A DNA stretch of 64,000 nt from Candidatus Saccharimonadales bacterium (GTDB lineage: Bacteria > Patescibacteriota > Saccharimonadia > Saccharimonadales > DATKHC01): NCBI GenBank assembly GCA_038317055.1, contig JBBQBA010000002.1, positions 182,967 to 246,966 on the forward strand, read 5' to 3'. Position 1 is the first letter of the stretch, and each line of letters starts with the position of its first letter. The translations under genes were made by a program, and so were the position numbers. Below the pieces are notes generated by a model. The model ran no database searches. It saw only the letters and a list, made by a program, of their open reading frames with translations, and was not told where the DNA came from. Positions 29,548-41,466 of the stretch are shown one piece after another.

Positions 29548-29976
29548 CTATCTATTTCTTCGGCGCTTATGAAGCTCGGCTACCTGAAGACGGACGTATT
29601 GACGATCAACAAGTTTTTGGGCATTTTCGAGACTTACTTGGTCTTTAGCCTCAGATTTCATTTTTTGAGCTAGCTCATAAGCTTTTTTCGCTTCAGCTTC
29701 GTTTATTTCTTCACCGTTATCAGCTTCATCGACTAAAACTCTTAGTGTATTATCAGAAATCTCTACTACACCACCATGTGCAGCGTAATTATCCATTTGT
29801 GAATCTGTATCTTTTGGATTCTTACGCACTGAAATTATTCCGTCAGTTGCAACTGTAATTAAGGGCATATGATCTGTTAACACACCTATTTGACCATCAA
29901 GCGTGGGAAGTAGTACTTCCGCAACATCAGCATCAAGTTTTACGCCAGTTAATGTAACTAGTTGCAGATGGATCAT
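29548..29976 (-). CDS. atpC: F0F1 ATP synthase subunit epsilon
   Basis: Last gene of the operon. N-terminal beta-sandwich LQLVTLTGVKLDADVAEV and C-terminal helical region. Confidence 0.8.
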   Translation of the reverse strand: MIHLQLVTLTGVKLDADVAEVLLPTLDGQIGVLTDHMPLITVATDGIISVRKNPKDTDSQMDNYAAHGGVVEISDNTLRVLVDEADNGEEINEAEAKKAYELAQKMKSEAKDQVSLENAQKLVDRQYVRLQVAELHKRRRNR

Positions 29977-31593
<1,617 letters not shown>

Positions 31594-31597
<4 letters not shown>

Positions 31598-32463
31598 TGT
31601 TGTATTGCCTCCGCCCCACCAGTTATTTCTGCTAATTCTTGGGTTATTGCTGCTTGTCGAGCAGTATTGAACTCTAGTGTAAGGTCATCAATTATATCAG
31701 ATGCGTTATCAGTAGCGTTCTTCATTGCTAACATTCTCATTGAATGTTCACTAGCTAGGCTCTCAAGTAAAGACTGCCATAGCTGTACTTCAATAAGTCT
31801 AGCGGTAACATTATCTAGTACCACTTCAACTGAAGGTTCAAAATTTGTAAAGCTGGTTGACTTAGATTCAGCAACATCTGAAGCCTCGGCAGGTAATAGA
31901 CTCAACTCTGAGGCAATTTGCACAAGATTAGATTTGTATACTGTATATAAAATCTCTACGCTATCAACAGTCTTATTTCGATATTGATCAATAATTGTGT
32001 TGAGAATCGGTTTAATGTCTTGTTCTGTAGGAGCATCACCAAATGCCGGGTATACCGCAAGAAGATTAATATCTTTTAATCGTCTTACATGCTGAGCACC
32101 TTGATTACCTATGGCGATAATATTGCTTTTAATACCTTCATTTCGATCTTTAATAACCGCATTTGTAAGAAGCTTAGACACATTAGAGTTATAAGCTCCA
32201 GCTAGAGTTGAGTTACTAGTTATTAAAATGTATAGCTTGGATTTAATCGTCCGCTTTTCAAATAGTGGGTGTATGGCTACCTCCGAATTTGCACTGAGTC
32301 TAGCCAGTAAATCGTAGGCAAGCTTTTGATAGTCTCGACTTTTTAATGCTCTCTCCTGAGCACGACGCATTTTACTAGCTGAAACCATTTCCATAGCTTT
32401 TGTAATTTGCTTTGTGCTCTTTATTGAACCGATTCGTCGTTTCAATACAATAGTATTTGCCAT
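31594..32463 (-). CDS. atpG: F0F1 ATP synthase subunit gamma
   Basis: N-terminus LKRRIGSIKSTKQITKAMEMVSASKMRRAQ matches the canonical gamma subunit. Confidence 0.9.
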
Positions 32464-32466
32464 AGA

Positions 32467-34017
32467 CTATTTAACCGCCTTTGGTTTTTCGCCTTCATAA
32501 CTTTTTGCTACATTTTTAGCAATTGTAATAATCGAATTTCGATCAGCTTCTTTAGGTTCCGCTCCAGTATTAATCTCTTCAGTTAGTTTTAGGTGCTTCT
32601 GACTCATCTCACGAAGTAAACTATCTTCCGCAGCCTTAATTTTCTCTACAGGTACTATGTCAAAACAACCTTCAGTTGCAGCAAGTAGTGAAACGTACAT
32701 TTGCCATATAGCTTGGGGATTATATTGATGCTGCTTAAGAAGTTCGGTTAGTCTTTGGCCACGTTCGATTCGATGTCTAGTCTCATCATCTAGATCAGTT
32801 GAGAACTGAGAAAATGCTGCTAATTCTCTAAATTGCGCCAGGTCAATTCGTAGACCCTTAGCAACGCTTTTAACAGCTTTAGTTTGAGCTGCTCCACCAA
32901 CACGACTTACTGAAAGTCCAACAGAAATAGCTGGTCTAATACCCTGATAAAACAAGTTTGTTTCCATAAAGATCTGTCCATCAGTAATTGAAATAACATT
33001 GGTTGGAATATAAGCACTAATATCACCGGCTTGAGTTTCAATTATTGGAAGGGCAGTAAGACTTCCGCCACCAAGCTCATCATTAAGTTTTGCTGCACGC
33101 TCAAGTAGTCTTGAATGGAGGTAGAAAACATCGCCAGGGTAAGCTTCACGGCCCGGTGGACGACGTAGCAATAAACTCATTTGACGATAGGCAACAGCAT
33201 GTTTTGATAGATCATCATAGATAATTAGAGCGTGTTTTTTATTGTCTCGGAAATATTCACCAATCGCACAACCTGCGTATGGAGCCAAGTATAGGAGAGC
33301 TGCAGGATCAGCAGGACTGGTTGCAACTACAATCGATTGATCCATCACGCCTTCACGCTTTAGTCGTTCAATCAGTCTTGCAACTTTACTAGATTTTTGT
33401 CCGATAGCTACGTAGATATTTATAACACCAGTTTTTTGTTTGTGTTGGTTGATCATCGTATCTACGGCAATTGCAGTCTTTCCGGTCTGTCTGTCTCCAA
33501 TAAGAAGTTCTCTTTGGCCACGACCAATTGGCACCATAGCGTCAATTGCAGTTATACCTGTCATCAATGGTTCAAACACACTTTTTCGAGCAAGTACGCC
33601 AGGTGCAGTTCGCTCAATTTTACTATTTTGTTTGGATTTAATTGGTTCACCACCATCTAATGGATTACCTAGGGGATCGATAACTCGTCCGATTAATTCG
33701 TCACCAACTGGGATTTCTAGTACCTTACCAGATAGTCTAACTTTTGCTCCGGCTTTGATATCAATATCTTCACCAAGAAGCACAGCACCGATTTCATCAC
33801 TACCTAAATTAAAGGCGAAAGCCGTAACTTTGCCGCCAGATGTCGAATCGATTTCAAGCATTTCACTGAAACCACATTTTGTTAGTCCATAAATCCAGGC
33901 GATTCCATCACCAACTCTGGTTACAACTCCAACACTCTCGATCTCCGGCCGATTTTTAAGCTCAGCGATAGCAGATCGAATGTCATTGGATAGGTCTTTA
34001 ATAGATAGTTCGCTCAC
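32467..34017 (-). CDS. atpA: F0F1 ATP synthase subunit alpha
   Basis: P-loop GDRQTGKT. 516 aa with overall alpha-subunit similarity. Confidence 0.95.
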   Translation of the reverse strand: MSELSIKDLSNDIRSAIAELKNRPEIESVGVVTRVGDGIAWIYGLTKCGFSEMLEIDSTSGGKVTAFAFNLGSDEIGAVLLGEDIDIKAGAKVRLSGKVLEIPVGDELIGRVIDPLGNPLDGGEPIKSKQNSKIERTAPGVLARKSVFEPLMTGITAIDAMVPIGRGQRELLIGDRQTGKTAIAVDTMINQHKQKTGVINIYVAIGQKSSKVARLIERLKREGVMDQSIVVATSPADPAALLYLAPYAGCAIGEYFRDNKKHALIIYDDLSKHAVAYRQMSLLLRRPPGREAYPGDVFYLHSRLLERAAKLNDELGGGSLTALPIIETQAGDISAYIPTNVISITDGQIFMETNLFYQGIRPAISVGLSVSRVGGAAQTKAVKSVAKGLRIDLAQFRELAAFSQFSTDLDDETRHRIERGQRLTELLKQHQYNPQAIWQMYVSLLAATEGCFDIVPVEKIKAAEDSLLREMSQKHLKLTEEINTGAEPKEADRNSIITIAKNVAKSYEGEKPKAVK

Positions 34018-34029
34018 TGATTACTCCTT

Positions 34030-34425
34030 TCAAGAAACAGATAATTGTTTAAATTTATTAAGTTTAGACTCGACAGATAAATCAAGCTGCTGATTTGGTA
34101 GTTCTAGTCTAACGCCAGCGATAATACTCGGATCATACTGTTTCGAGATAATTATTTTCTTAGCTTTAGGATAGAGCTTCTTAACTTCAGACTTGATGTC
34201 AGCCTCTACTTTATTTGATATATCATATGCACTAATTGCTGTAACTTCAACACTACCATCGTCTGCCCAATATTGTTGAACATCGCGAACGATTGAATCC
34301 ACGTCGTTTGTTCGATGCTCGGTAATTAAATATGCAGCAATTTCTCGTCCTAGCTTTTTTGTAATGCCATGAGCTAGAGTGTCATCTGCTACAAACTTAG
34401 ATATCTTGTGTCTTGGCGTTTTCAC
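34030..34425 (-). CDS. atpH: F0F1 ATP synthase subunit delta (short, 131 aa)
   Basis: Position between atpF and atpA. C-terminal IIAGVRLELPNQQLDLSVESKL matches the delta C-terminal motif. It is about 50 aa shorter than the typical delta subunit. Confidence 0.6.
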   Translation of the reverse strand: MKTPRHKISKFVADDTLAHGITKKLGREIAAYLITEHRTNDVDSIVRDVQQYWADDGSVEVTAISAYDISNKVEADIKSEVKKLYPKAKKIIISKQYDPSIIAGVRLELPNQQLDLSVESKLNKFKQLSVS

Positions 34426-34958
34426 GTTGTACTCCTAGATCGAAGTACTCTATCAATAAGAGCAGCATCTTTCTTTGAATCAATTTTCTCGTCAATAATT
34501 GCTTCTGTTGCTTCAGATATTAAGCCTACGATTTCTTTTTCAAGTTCTTTGCGCGCCTTAGCTGTTTCCAGTTGAATCTTTTCTTGAGCTTCTTTAGAAA
34601 TCTGTTCAACTTTTTTCTTAGCATCATCTTCGGCTGCTACAACTAACTCTCGAGCTTCTTGTTGAGCAGAATCAATGATAGTGTCAGCTTGAGACCGTGC
34701 TTCACGTAGTTTTATTGCTACTTCATCTTCTAATTCAGCACTTTTCTTTTTCATCTCTTCACCAAGTTGTACGCCACTATCAATTAATTTTCGACGATCA
34801 GCCATAATTTTTAATATTGGCTTAAAGGCAAATTTTTTCAGAATCAAAAAGACGATCACAAAACTTATGATCTGGATTAGGAAAGCTTGACCGTTAAGAC
34901 CAAGGGCACCTAGACCTGATTGGTTAACGTCGCTAAAACTATTTATTAATGGATGCAT
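34422..34958 (-). CDS. atpF: F0F1 ATP synthase subunit b
   Basis: Single N-terminal TM followed by a long charged coiled coil (ELEDEVAIKLREARSQADTII...). Confidence 0.8.
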   Translation of the reverse strand: MHPLINSFSDVNQSGLGALGLNGQAFLIQIISFVIVFLILKKFAFKPILKIMADRRKLIDSGVQLGEEMKKKSAELEDEVAIKLREARSQADTIIDSAQQEARELVVAAEDDAKKKVEQISKEAQEKIQLETAKARKELEKEIVGLISEATEAIIDEKIDSKKDAALIDRVLRSRSTT

Positions 34959-34978
34959 CTTTTTTTAAACTTAATTCC

Positions 34979-35209
34979 TTATTTGACGATAAATATTGAG
35001 GCGAATGCAAGTAGTCCAAAAAGCTCAACAATAGCCACGAAGACTAATGCTTGACCTAAGAACTTTGAAGCCTCTGGGTTTCGACCAACGGCTTGCATAT
35101 AACTGCCACCAATTAGACCGATACCAATTGCTGGTCCGATAAATCCGCCACCGATCATAAGGCCTTTTGCGATAACTGCGGTGTTGACTGTATCTGCTAC
35201 GGTAATCAT
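34979..35209 (-). CDS. atpE: F0F1 ATP synthase subunit c
   Basis: 76-aa hairpin proteolipid. GGGFIGPAIGIGLIGG glycine zipper and a conserved carboxylate in the VAIVELFGLLA helix. Confidence 0.85.
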   Translation of the reverse strand: MITVADTVNTAVIAKGLMIGGGFIGPAIGIGLIGGSYMQAVGRNPEASKFLGQALVFVAIVELFGLLAFASIFIVK

Positions 35210-35275
35210 ATTATTTTATTATCTCCTTTAATTACTTTCTTTAAAATTTTTACAAAACAAAAATATGCCCAAAAC

Positions 35276-36106
35276 CTACTCTGTCTGTAGACTCATTGTT
35301 TCAGGAACACTATCTTCGGTCAAGTCCTCATGTTCAGTTGAGGAGTTAACAGAGATAGCTAAATAGTTAACACTAAGCACAACAAATATATATGCTTGTA
35401 GTGCTCCAACAAATATTTCGATCGCGTAAAAAGGTGCTGAAGTTATTGGCGCGACAATACCGCCTAGATATGCAAATACAACAATTACAATCTCGCCGAT
35501 GGTCACATTAAGAAAAAGTCGAATAGATAGGCTTATCACTCTAGTCAGATCAAGTAGTAGCTCAAGTGATCCGATAAATAAATATAGTGGATTTTTAGGA
35601 CTACCAACGAAGAAATGACTGAAATATTGCTTGGCACCAACTTCTCGAATTGAACTAGTGTAGACATAAATCATTGTAATAACACCTGCTGCTAGAGTCG
35701 CATTTAGATCTCCGGTAAAGGGTCTAAACAGTGGTTGTCCATTATAGACAATTGCCTCGCCAACTCCCGGAACTAAACCAAGCCAGTTGTTGATTAAAAT
35801 AAAAAAGAACAGGGTAACGAAATATGGAATATATTTTTTAGCCCGTTCTTTATCTTGGAAACTGGAAGTCACCACATTTGTCATAAAATCTACGCCGGCT
35901 TCGACATATTGAATAATTCCGCCGCGAGTTTTAACTTTAACCTTTAGGGCAACAACTATAAGGGTTACAATCATTAAAAGGGCACAAATCCAACCGTAAA
36001 AGATTGAATTAGTAATAGTTATGTTACCAATTTTGAATAAGGGATCAGAACTTGTATGAACAATCGGGCCTGCAGCTGCAACTACTCGAGATAATCCACC
36101 TATCAT
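35276..36106 (-). CDS. atpB: F0F1 ATP synthase subunit a
   Basis: Polytopic membrane protein. Conserved Arg in LSIRLFLNVTIGE. Confidence 0.85.
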   Translation of the reverse strand: MIGGLSRVVAAAGPIVHTSSDPLFKIGNITITNSIFYGWICALLMIVTLIVVALKVKVKTRGGIIQYVEAGVDFMTNVVTSSFQDKERAKKYIPYFVTLFFFILINNWLGLVPGVGEAIVYNGQPLFRPFTGDLNATLAAGVITMIYVYTSSIREVGAKQYFSHFFVGSPKNPLYLFIGSLELLLDLTRVISLSIRLFLNVTIGEIVIVVFAYLGGIVAPITSAPFYAIEIFVGALQAYIFVVLSVNYLAISVNSSTEHEDLTEDSVPETMSLQTE

Positions 36107-36402
36107 TATTTTTGATCCTTATATACTTTTACGTTAAATTCATCCATTGTTTTCTTGATAACTAGAGTAGTTAGAATCATGGCAATAATAAAGCCAGTAA
36201 TTGTCCAATCAGGTAGATTGTTATATTTAACATCTAGTTTATAGCCACCGACAATTGGGATTAAAACAACTATTGCTAATTTCCAGAGCATATTAAGGGA
36301 AGCACCAATAAATTGGTTTCCTGGGGTTACCTCTTTTTTTGGTGTCTGCGCGTCATCTTTAGAGTGGGCTGCCGTCGGATGTGGCACTGCAGTCTTGATC
36401 AT
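36106..36402 (-). CDS. AtpZ/AtpI-like small membrane protein at the head of the ATP synthase operon
   Basis: 98 aa with two TM helices, immediately upstream of atpB and overlapping it by 1 nt. Confidence 0.5.
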   Translation of the reverse strand: MIKTAVPHPTAAHSKDDAQTPKKEVTPGNQFIGASLNMLWKLAIVVLIPIVGGYKLDVKYNNLPDWTITGFIIAMILTTLVIKKTMDEFNVKVYKDQK

Positions 36403-36475
36403 TTACATAATTATAGCGTTTTTAGAGGTCAGTCGCAACCTTTTAATCTGTTAGTAAAACTGATAAACTATTGTA

Positions 36476-36715
36476 ATGGTAACAGTATATTCAGCTACAT
36501 GGTGCGCATTTTGTCGTACCGCAAAAGACTATCTCGATAAACTTGGTGTTAAATACGATGTCAAAGATGTCGATCACGATGACGGTGCCGCTCAAGAATC
36601 AATGGATAAATCTCAACAGACTGGTATTCCAGTTATTGATATAGATGGGACAATAATTGTCGGCTTCGACCGTCCAAAAATTGACTCAGCTCTTCACGAA
36701 CATAAGCTTATTTAG
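36476..36715 (+). CDS. Glutaredoxin-like / NrdH-like redoxin
   Basis: YSATWCAFCRTAKDYL contains a CxxC site. Thioredoxin-fold sized (79 aa). GIPVIDIDG is typical of Grx/NrdH. Confidence 0.65.
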   Translation: MVTVYSATWCAFCRTAKDYLDKLGVKYDVKDVDHDDGAAQESMDKSQQTGIPVIDIDGTIIVGFDRPKIDSALHEHKLI

Positions 36716-36803
36716 CGTTATTAGTGATTATTGTCACACTATATATGGAGTGATTATGGTACAATACCTCTGATAAAATATGTTAGTTTAAGGAGTAAGT
36801 ACC

Positions 36804-37304
36804 ATGAGCGTAGAAGACATACATAACACCCAACCAACTTTCGAATTATCACATGCTGAAATTTTTGAAAGTTTTAACCCAGAAGACATTTTCGAACTAA
36901 AAACTTACCAAGAAGAAATTCTAAAATTAAACGGAGTAAGATGTTTAAGTCTCGGTCCTGTATCGCTTAAATTCATGACTACATATCCAGAAACCTCTGC
37001 ACAATTAACCACCAATGAAGATATGTACGATGGTATGGCCACCCCTGGTGGAATACCCCTAGAGGACATTATTGATGAAGACGAGGTCACCATAGCACTA
37101 TCAACCGCAAGAAACGGACTCAGAGTAGTCAGTGCGGCCGGCTTTGGTAAATCAAGTTATGTTGACACGCTCGGTAAACAAATTGAGGACGAACACGAAG
37201 AATATAGCCGAGCAATCAGAGCTAGACGGTCTGTAATAGCTTTTCTAGCGCTATCTACTATAGAAACATCAAATGAAGAAGATAGACTTCATGGTGCATC
37301 ATAA
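36804..37304 (+). CDS. Hypothetical acidic protein
   Basis: 166 aa with no recognisable motif. Confidence 0.4.
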   Translation: MSVEDIHNTQPTFELSHAEIFESFNPEDIFELKTYQEEILKLNGVRCLSLGPVSLKFMTTYPETSAQLTTNEDMYDGMATPGGIPLEDIIDEDEVTIALSTARNGLRVVSAAGFGKSSYVDTLGKQIEDEHEEYSRAIRARRSVIAFLALSTIETSNEEDRLHGAS

Positions 37305-37325
37305 AAGATAGTATAATTTCTAATA

Positions 37326-37895
37326 ATGCCGTTTGAAGAATATAAAACAAAAAAATCAGTAGTAATTGTATATACTGGCGAAGGCAAAGGTAAAACTAGC
37401 GCTTCAATCGGTCTTCTTGGTCGTGCCCTAGGAACGAGGTGGAAAGTCGCTTTTATTCAGTTCATAAAATACTGGGGAGTTGGTGAGCATGTCTTTATTC
37501 GTGATATAGCGCCACTATATAAAGATAATCTATTTTTTTATAAGGGCGGTAAAGGCTTTTATAACGTTAAAGGTCTTAGCGAAAAAACCATAACCAAAGC
37601 TCAACATATTCAAGCAGCAAAAGAAACTTATGATCAAGCTTATAAAAAGGCAACTTCCGGTGATTTCGACTTAGTAATTTGTGATGAAATTAATAATGCA
37701 GTTAACGATGGGTTACTTAGCAAAGCCAAATTAATAGCTTTAATTAAAGATAGGTCACCTAAAACTAGTTTATGTTTAACGGGACGTAATTTCCCGATGG
37801 ATCTCCTGGGTTTGGCTGACATTGCTACCGACATGACAAAAATTAAACATCATTTCGATGATAAGTTTATTGCTAATAAGGGTATAGATTACTGA
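37326..37895 (+). CDS. Cob(I)alamin adenosyltransferase (CobA/CobO/BtuR) family P-loop protein
   Basis: VIVYTGEGKGKTSASIGL P-loop and LVICDEINNAV Walker B-like motif. The size (189 aa) is typical. Confidence 0.6.
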   Translation: MPFEEYKTKKSVVIVYTGEGKGKTSASIGLLGRALGTRWKVAFIQFIKYWGVGEHVFIRDIAPLYKDNLFFYKGGKGFYNVKGLSEKTITKAQHIQAAKETYDQAYKKATSGDFDLVICDEINNAVNDGLLSKAKLIALIKDRSPKTSLCLTGRNFPMDLLGLADIATDMTKIKHHFDDKFIANKGIDY

Positions 37896-38713
37896 TCTAT
37901 TTTCAAACGTTTAAATAACTTAGTTTCGCTTAACTTGCCGACTTTATCGTTAATAATTATAAAAGCTGAACCGAGAAAAAGAAAAACGGCACCAAACCAG
38001 CTTAGTATCCATTTATTCATATGATGAACTCTTAGTGTTTTAGGCCAAAGCTGTAAATACTTCCACAATTTGTCTCTGTCGGTTAGGACTCGTCTCATAA
38101 ATACAGCTACATAAATTCCCGAATCATAAAAAATCTGATAACCAAGTATATGTAAGTGAATAGCTAAATCAAGATCCTCGTGAATGTCATTACGTGCACA
38201 AGTTTGTTTTTTAACATCTTTCCACTGCTTTTGAGTTATCGCCATAGTTGAGCCCCAAAGAACGTAATGTCCAAGCAAAAACCGATTAAAACGAAAAGTT
38301 ATTTGAGATTGCATATAGCCACTTAGCTTAGGAAAATGTACATTATAAAAGTATCCCGCACTTGTCCAAGCTATATTTTTATTTGCATCTTTTGAGTAAA
38401 ATTCTTTTATTCTTTCTACCCAGTGGTTTGGCAGTACTGTATCGGCGTCAATTCTGGCAATAATGTTGTATTTTGCTGAGTTAAAGCCTTTATTTCGTGC
38501 AAAATAGATACCTTGTTCTCGCTCCTGAATAACCTTAACGAAGCTGAACTTTTGAGCAATATTAACAGTATTATCAGTTGAGTTATTATCAACCACAATT
38601 ACCTCATCTGGCATAATAGTCTGAATCTTTACTGCATCGAGGCAAAGCTTTAGATGGCGTGATTCATTATATGCTGGTATAACTAATGTAAGCTTAAGCG
38701 AGTTATTTTTCAT
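37889..38713 (-). CDS. Family 2 glycosyltransferase
   Basis: LVIPAYNESRHL, VIVVDNNSTD and ARIDADTVLP (DxD) motifs. Confidence 0.7.
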   Translation of the reverse strand: MKNNSLKLTLVIPAYNESRHLKLCLDAVKIQTIMPDEVIVVDNNSTDNTVNIAQKFSFVKVIQEREQGIYFARNKGFNSAKYNIIARIDADTVLPNHWVERIKEFYSKDANKNIAWTSAGYFYNVHFPKLSGYMQSQITFRFNRFLLGHYVLWGSTMAITQKQWKDVKKQTCARNDIHEDLDLAIHLHILGYQIFYDSGIYVAVFMRRVLTDRDKLWKYLQLWPKTLRVHHMNKWILSWFGAVFLFLGSAFIIINDKVGKLSETKLFKRLKIDQ

Positions 38714-38730
38714 TTAAAGTATCATTTATT

Positions 38731-39867
38731 ATGACACAAAAAGTCTATAGACATATTAACCTACACAAGAATATCTGGCGTACATTTAAGTCTTGGTGGA
38801 AGAAAAAATGGTGGCACAAAGCATTAATAATATTATTTGTATTATTTTGGCTTGCTATTGGAACTATGTATTCAATAGGTCAATGGTATATTCACCAACA
38901 AAGTACGAAGCCATATGATCTTGGGCTATCTTTTGTGCCGGATTACGCCGCCTATTTAGGTGTTGATCCTCATCAAACACTTAATGCACTACTAACGGAT
39001 ATGCAGATAACCAATATTCGATATGTCAGTTACTGGCCGAACATAGAACCATCACCGGGTCAATTTGATTTCACTGAGCTAGATTATGAGTTTCAACAAG
39101 CAAATATTCACAACGTAAAAGTAAATTTAAGTCTTGGTCTTCGGCAACCTCGTTGGCCAGAATGTCATATTCCGCTCTGGGTAGGTAATGAACCATATAA
39201 AACCTGGGAACCGCAACTCTTGACCTTCATAGGTGCAGTAGTTGACCGATATAAAAATAATCCAGCACTAGGCTCCTACGAACTAGAAAATGAGTATTTT
39301 CTAAAAGCTTTCGGTACCTGTACTAATTATTCAAGAGATAGACTGGTTGCAGAATATAACTTAGTTAAGGGAATTGATAACAAGCACACAATTATAGTTA
39401 GTCGAAGTAACAATGCTATAGGAGTACCGATAGGTAGACCAACACCAGAGGAATTCGGTGTATCAATTTATAAACGAGTTTGGGACAGCACTTTAACTCA
39501 TCGTTATTTTGAATATCCTATCCCAGCTTGGTACTACGGCTTTTTAGCTGGAACGGAAGAACTCGTTACTGGTAAAAACACCATAATTCATGAGCTACAA
39601 GCCGAGCCCTGGCCGCCTACAGATATGGTAGTTGCATCCCAAAAAGAACAAGCAAAATCTATGAATGCACAAACACTAGCAAACCGTTTTGAATACGGTA
39701 AAGCTACTGGCATGAAAACAATTGATATGTGGGGAGCTGAGTGGTGGTATTACGAAAAAATTAAATTCAATAATCCAAGCGATTGGAATGTTGCTAAGTC
39801 GGAATATGTACAAGCTGCCGTACACAACCAATTACTATCTCAAAAGAATCAATCCCAACATAATTAA
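38731..39867 (+). CDS. Membrane-anchored TIM-barrel glycoside hydrolase-like protein (GH5-like)
   Basis: N-terminal TM ALIILFVLFWLAIGTMY. YELENEYF is a candidate catalytic acid motif and GAEWWYY a candidate nucleophile region. The assignment is tentative. Confidence 0.45.
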   Translation: MTQKVYRHINLHKNIWRTFKSWWKKKWWHKALIILFVLFWLAIGTMYSIGQWYIHQQSTKPYDLGLSFVPDYAAYLGVDPHQTLNALLTDMQITNIRYVSYWPNIEPSPGQFDFTELDYEFQQANIHNVKVNLSLGLRQPRWPECHIPLWVGNEPYKTWEPQLLTFIGAVVDRYKNNPALGSYELENEYFLKAFGTCTNYSRDRLVAEYNLVKGIDNKHTIIVSRSNNAIGVPIGRPTPEEFGVSIYKRVWDSTLTHRYFEYPIPAWYYGFLAGTEELVTGKNTIIHELQAEPWPPTDMVVASQKEQAKSMNAQTLANRFEYGKATGMKTIDMWGAEWWYYEKIKFNNPSDWNVAKSEYVQAAVHNQLLSQKNQSQHN

Positions 39868-39901
39868 CTGTTTTGATACTCTGTTAAATTAGTTCATACT
39901 A

Positions 39902-40366
39902 TTGCACATGGTTAAGCAAAAGAAGCAACCGAAGTCAATTTCTAATCGACGAGCAAGATTCGATTATGAGATCAAGGACACCCTCATAGCGGGAGTTCAG
40001 TTAACTGGTGCCGAAACTCGAGCAATTCGTCAAGGTCAAGTCGATATTAAAGGCTCATATGTAACTGTTAAAGACGGTGAACTTTGGCTTACTAATGTTA
40101 CTGTTAGCGGTTCTAATGCAGCGCCAATTGAAGAAGTTGATAAAACTAGAAGCCGAAAGTTGCTAATAAAAAGCCGAGAAATTAAAGAATTTATTGAAGC
40201 AAAAGACCAGGGCAGCACTATAGTTCCGTTAGAAATTTTAAATGCTGGAAAATACATAAAAGTAAGAATCGGCTACGGTAAAGGTAAGAAGCTTTACGAT
40301 AAACGTGCTGTACTAAAAGCTAGAGATGATAAACGTGACGTAGGCAGATTTATTAAAGGTAATTAA
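39902..40366 (+). CDS. smpB: SsrA-binding protein SmpB
   Basis: SISNRRARFDYEIKDTLIAGVQLTGAETRAIRQGQ and the C-terminal basic tail are typical of SmpB. Confidence 0.8.
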   Translation: MHMVKQKKQPKSISNRRARFDYEIKDTLIAGVQLTGAETRAIRQGQVDIKGSYVTVKDGELWLTNVTVSGSNAAPIEEVDKTRSRKLLIKSREIKEFIEAKDQGSTIVPLEILNAGKYIKVRIGYGKGKKLYDKRAVLKARDDKRDVGRFIKGN

Positions 40367-40369
40367 AAT

Positions 40370-40945
40370 TTAATCTTCAAGTTCTGGAAATGGATTAGAT
40401 AGTGCCCAATCATCTAAAAAATCTCCAACAATGCCAAGAAGAACTTTACCCAATCCTCGAACTCGGTTTAGTTTACCTTCCGTGTATTGATCTAGAATAA
40501 CTGGAATATTTATTTGCCAGTTATCATAATCATGATTAACTTCTGGCAAAATAAATAACTTACTATCTGGTTTAGGTATAACCAATACAAAATCATTTCT
40601 TCGTTCTTTTATTGAGGTAGTTCTAAAATACCCGTATTGTTGCCTTAACGCACTTGAAGTCCTAGCGGTTTTCTTTAAATCATAATCATGAGAATGTAAA
40701 ACTTCTTCAAACAATTTAAAACTTACCAATTCTCCAACATTATTAAGTATACCGCTGGGTTTAAATGGTTTTTCTTCAGTAATTTTTTGTCTATTTAACA
40801 ACTCACCTTGAACCGCAGAAACAACAAAGTTCTGACGATGATCTCTAATTTCACTTTGAATAATATCAGCTTCAGATGTATCTAGTGGTAACTCAACATC
40901 ATAAGCTTGAGACCAATGAATAATTTGCTCGGTAGTTAATTTCAT
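40370..40945 (-). CDS. Hypothetical protein
   Basis: 191-aa ORF with no motif. Confidence 0.4.
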   Translation of the reverse strand: MKLTTEQIIHWSQAYDVELPLDTSEADIIQSEIRDHRQNFVVSAVQGELLNRQKITEEKPFKPSGILNNVGELVSFKLFEEVLHSHDYDLKKTARTSSALRQQYGYFRTTSIKERRNDFVLVIPKPDSKLFILPEVNHDYDNWQINIPVILDQYTEGKLNRVRGLGKVLLGIVGDFLDDWALSNPFPELED

Positions 40946-41010
40946 ATCAATATACTATTATACAATTTTATTAAACTTTATGCTAATACTATCTATATGA
41001 GGTAAGGGTA

Positions 41011-41466
41011 TTGCCTTTAACTTTAAATGATTATATTGTTATATTCATGGTAAAAAAACTAGAAAACGAATTATTAAAAGTTGCAGGTGACATAGCCAGG
41101 TACGGAAATGAAGTTAGGCCATTTCTTGCTGATGAAAAACATATAGCCTGGTCAAGTTTAAATAAACAGTTTGAATTAAAGATGCAAGCTGTAATTAGCC
41201 ACCCTATTTATAACGATGAGGGGTTTAGTGTAGTATGGGCAAGATTGGGTTACTATGAACCGGACGAAGGTGCTGATATAACTGTTGACGTTAACAGACC
41301 TAATACAATTTCCGATGATGATGGTTTTGCTGAGTTTATACTAAATGGATTTCGAACTAACTTTAAACCAAACCCAAACCGATTATATATTCCTTATATA
41401 GAAGGAATTCAGTCACCTTTTTCTCCTGCATTTATTTCAGAAGCAAATAATTGTATAACTTCTTAG
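41011..41466 (+). CDS. Hypothetical protein
   Basis: 151-aa ORF with no motif. Confidence 0.4.
   Translation: MPLTLNDYIVIFMVKKLENELLKVAGDIARYGNEVRPFLADEKHIAWSSLNKQFELKMQAVISHPIYNDEGFSVVWARLGYYEPDEGADITVDVNRPNTISDDDGFAEFILNGFRTNFKPNPNRLYIPYIEGIQSPFSPAFISEANNCITS

Noticed and set aside
33397-33892. Plus-strand ORFs inside atpA
   Set aside because: They are antisense to a highly conserved ATP synthase alpha gene.
36313-36540. Plus-strand ORF overlapping the atpZ-like gene and the glutaredoxin start
   Set aside because: It is a shadow ORF. The glutaredoxin start at 36476 and the atpZ-like gene account for the region.
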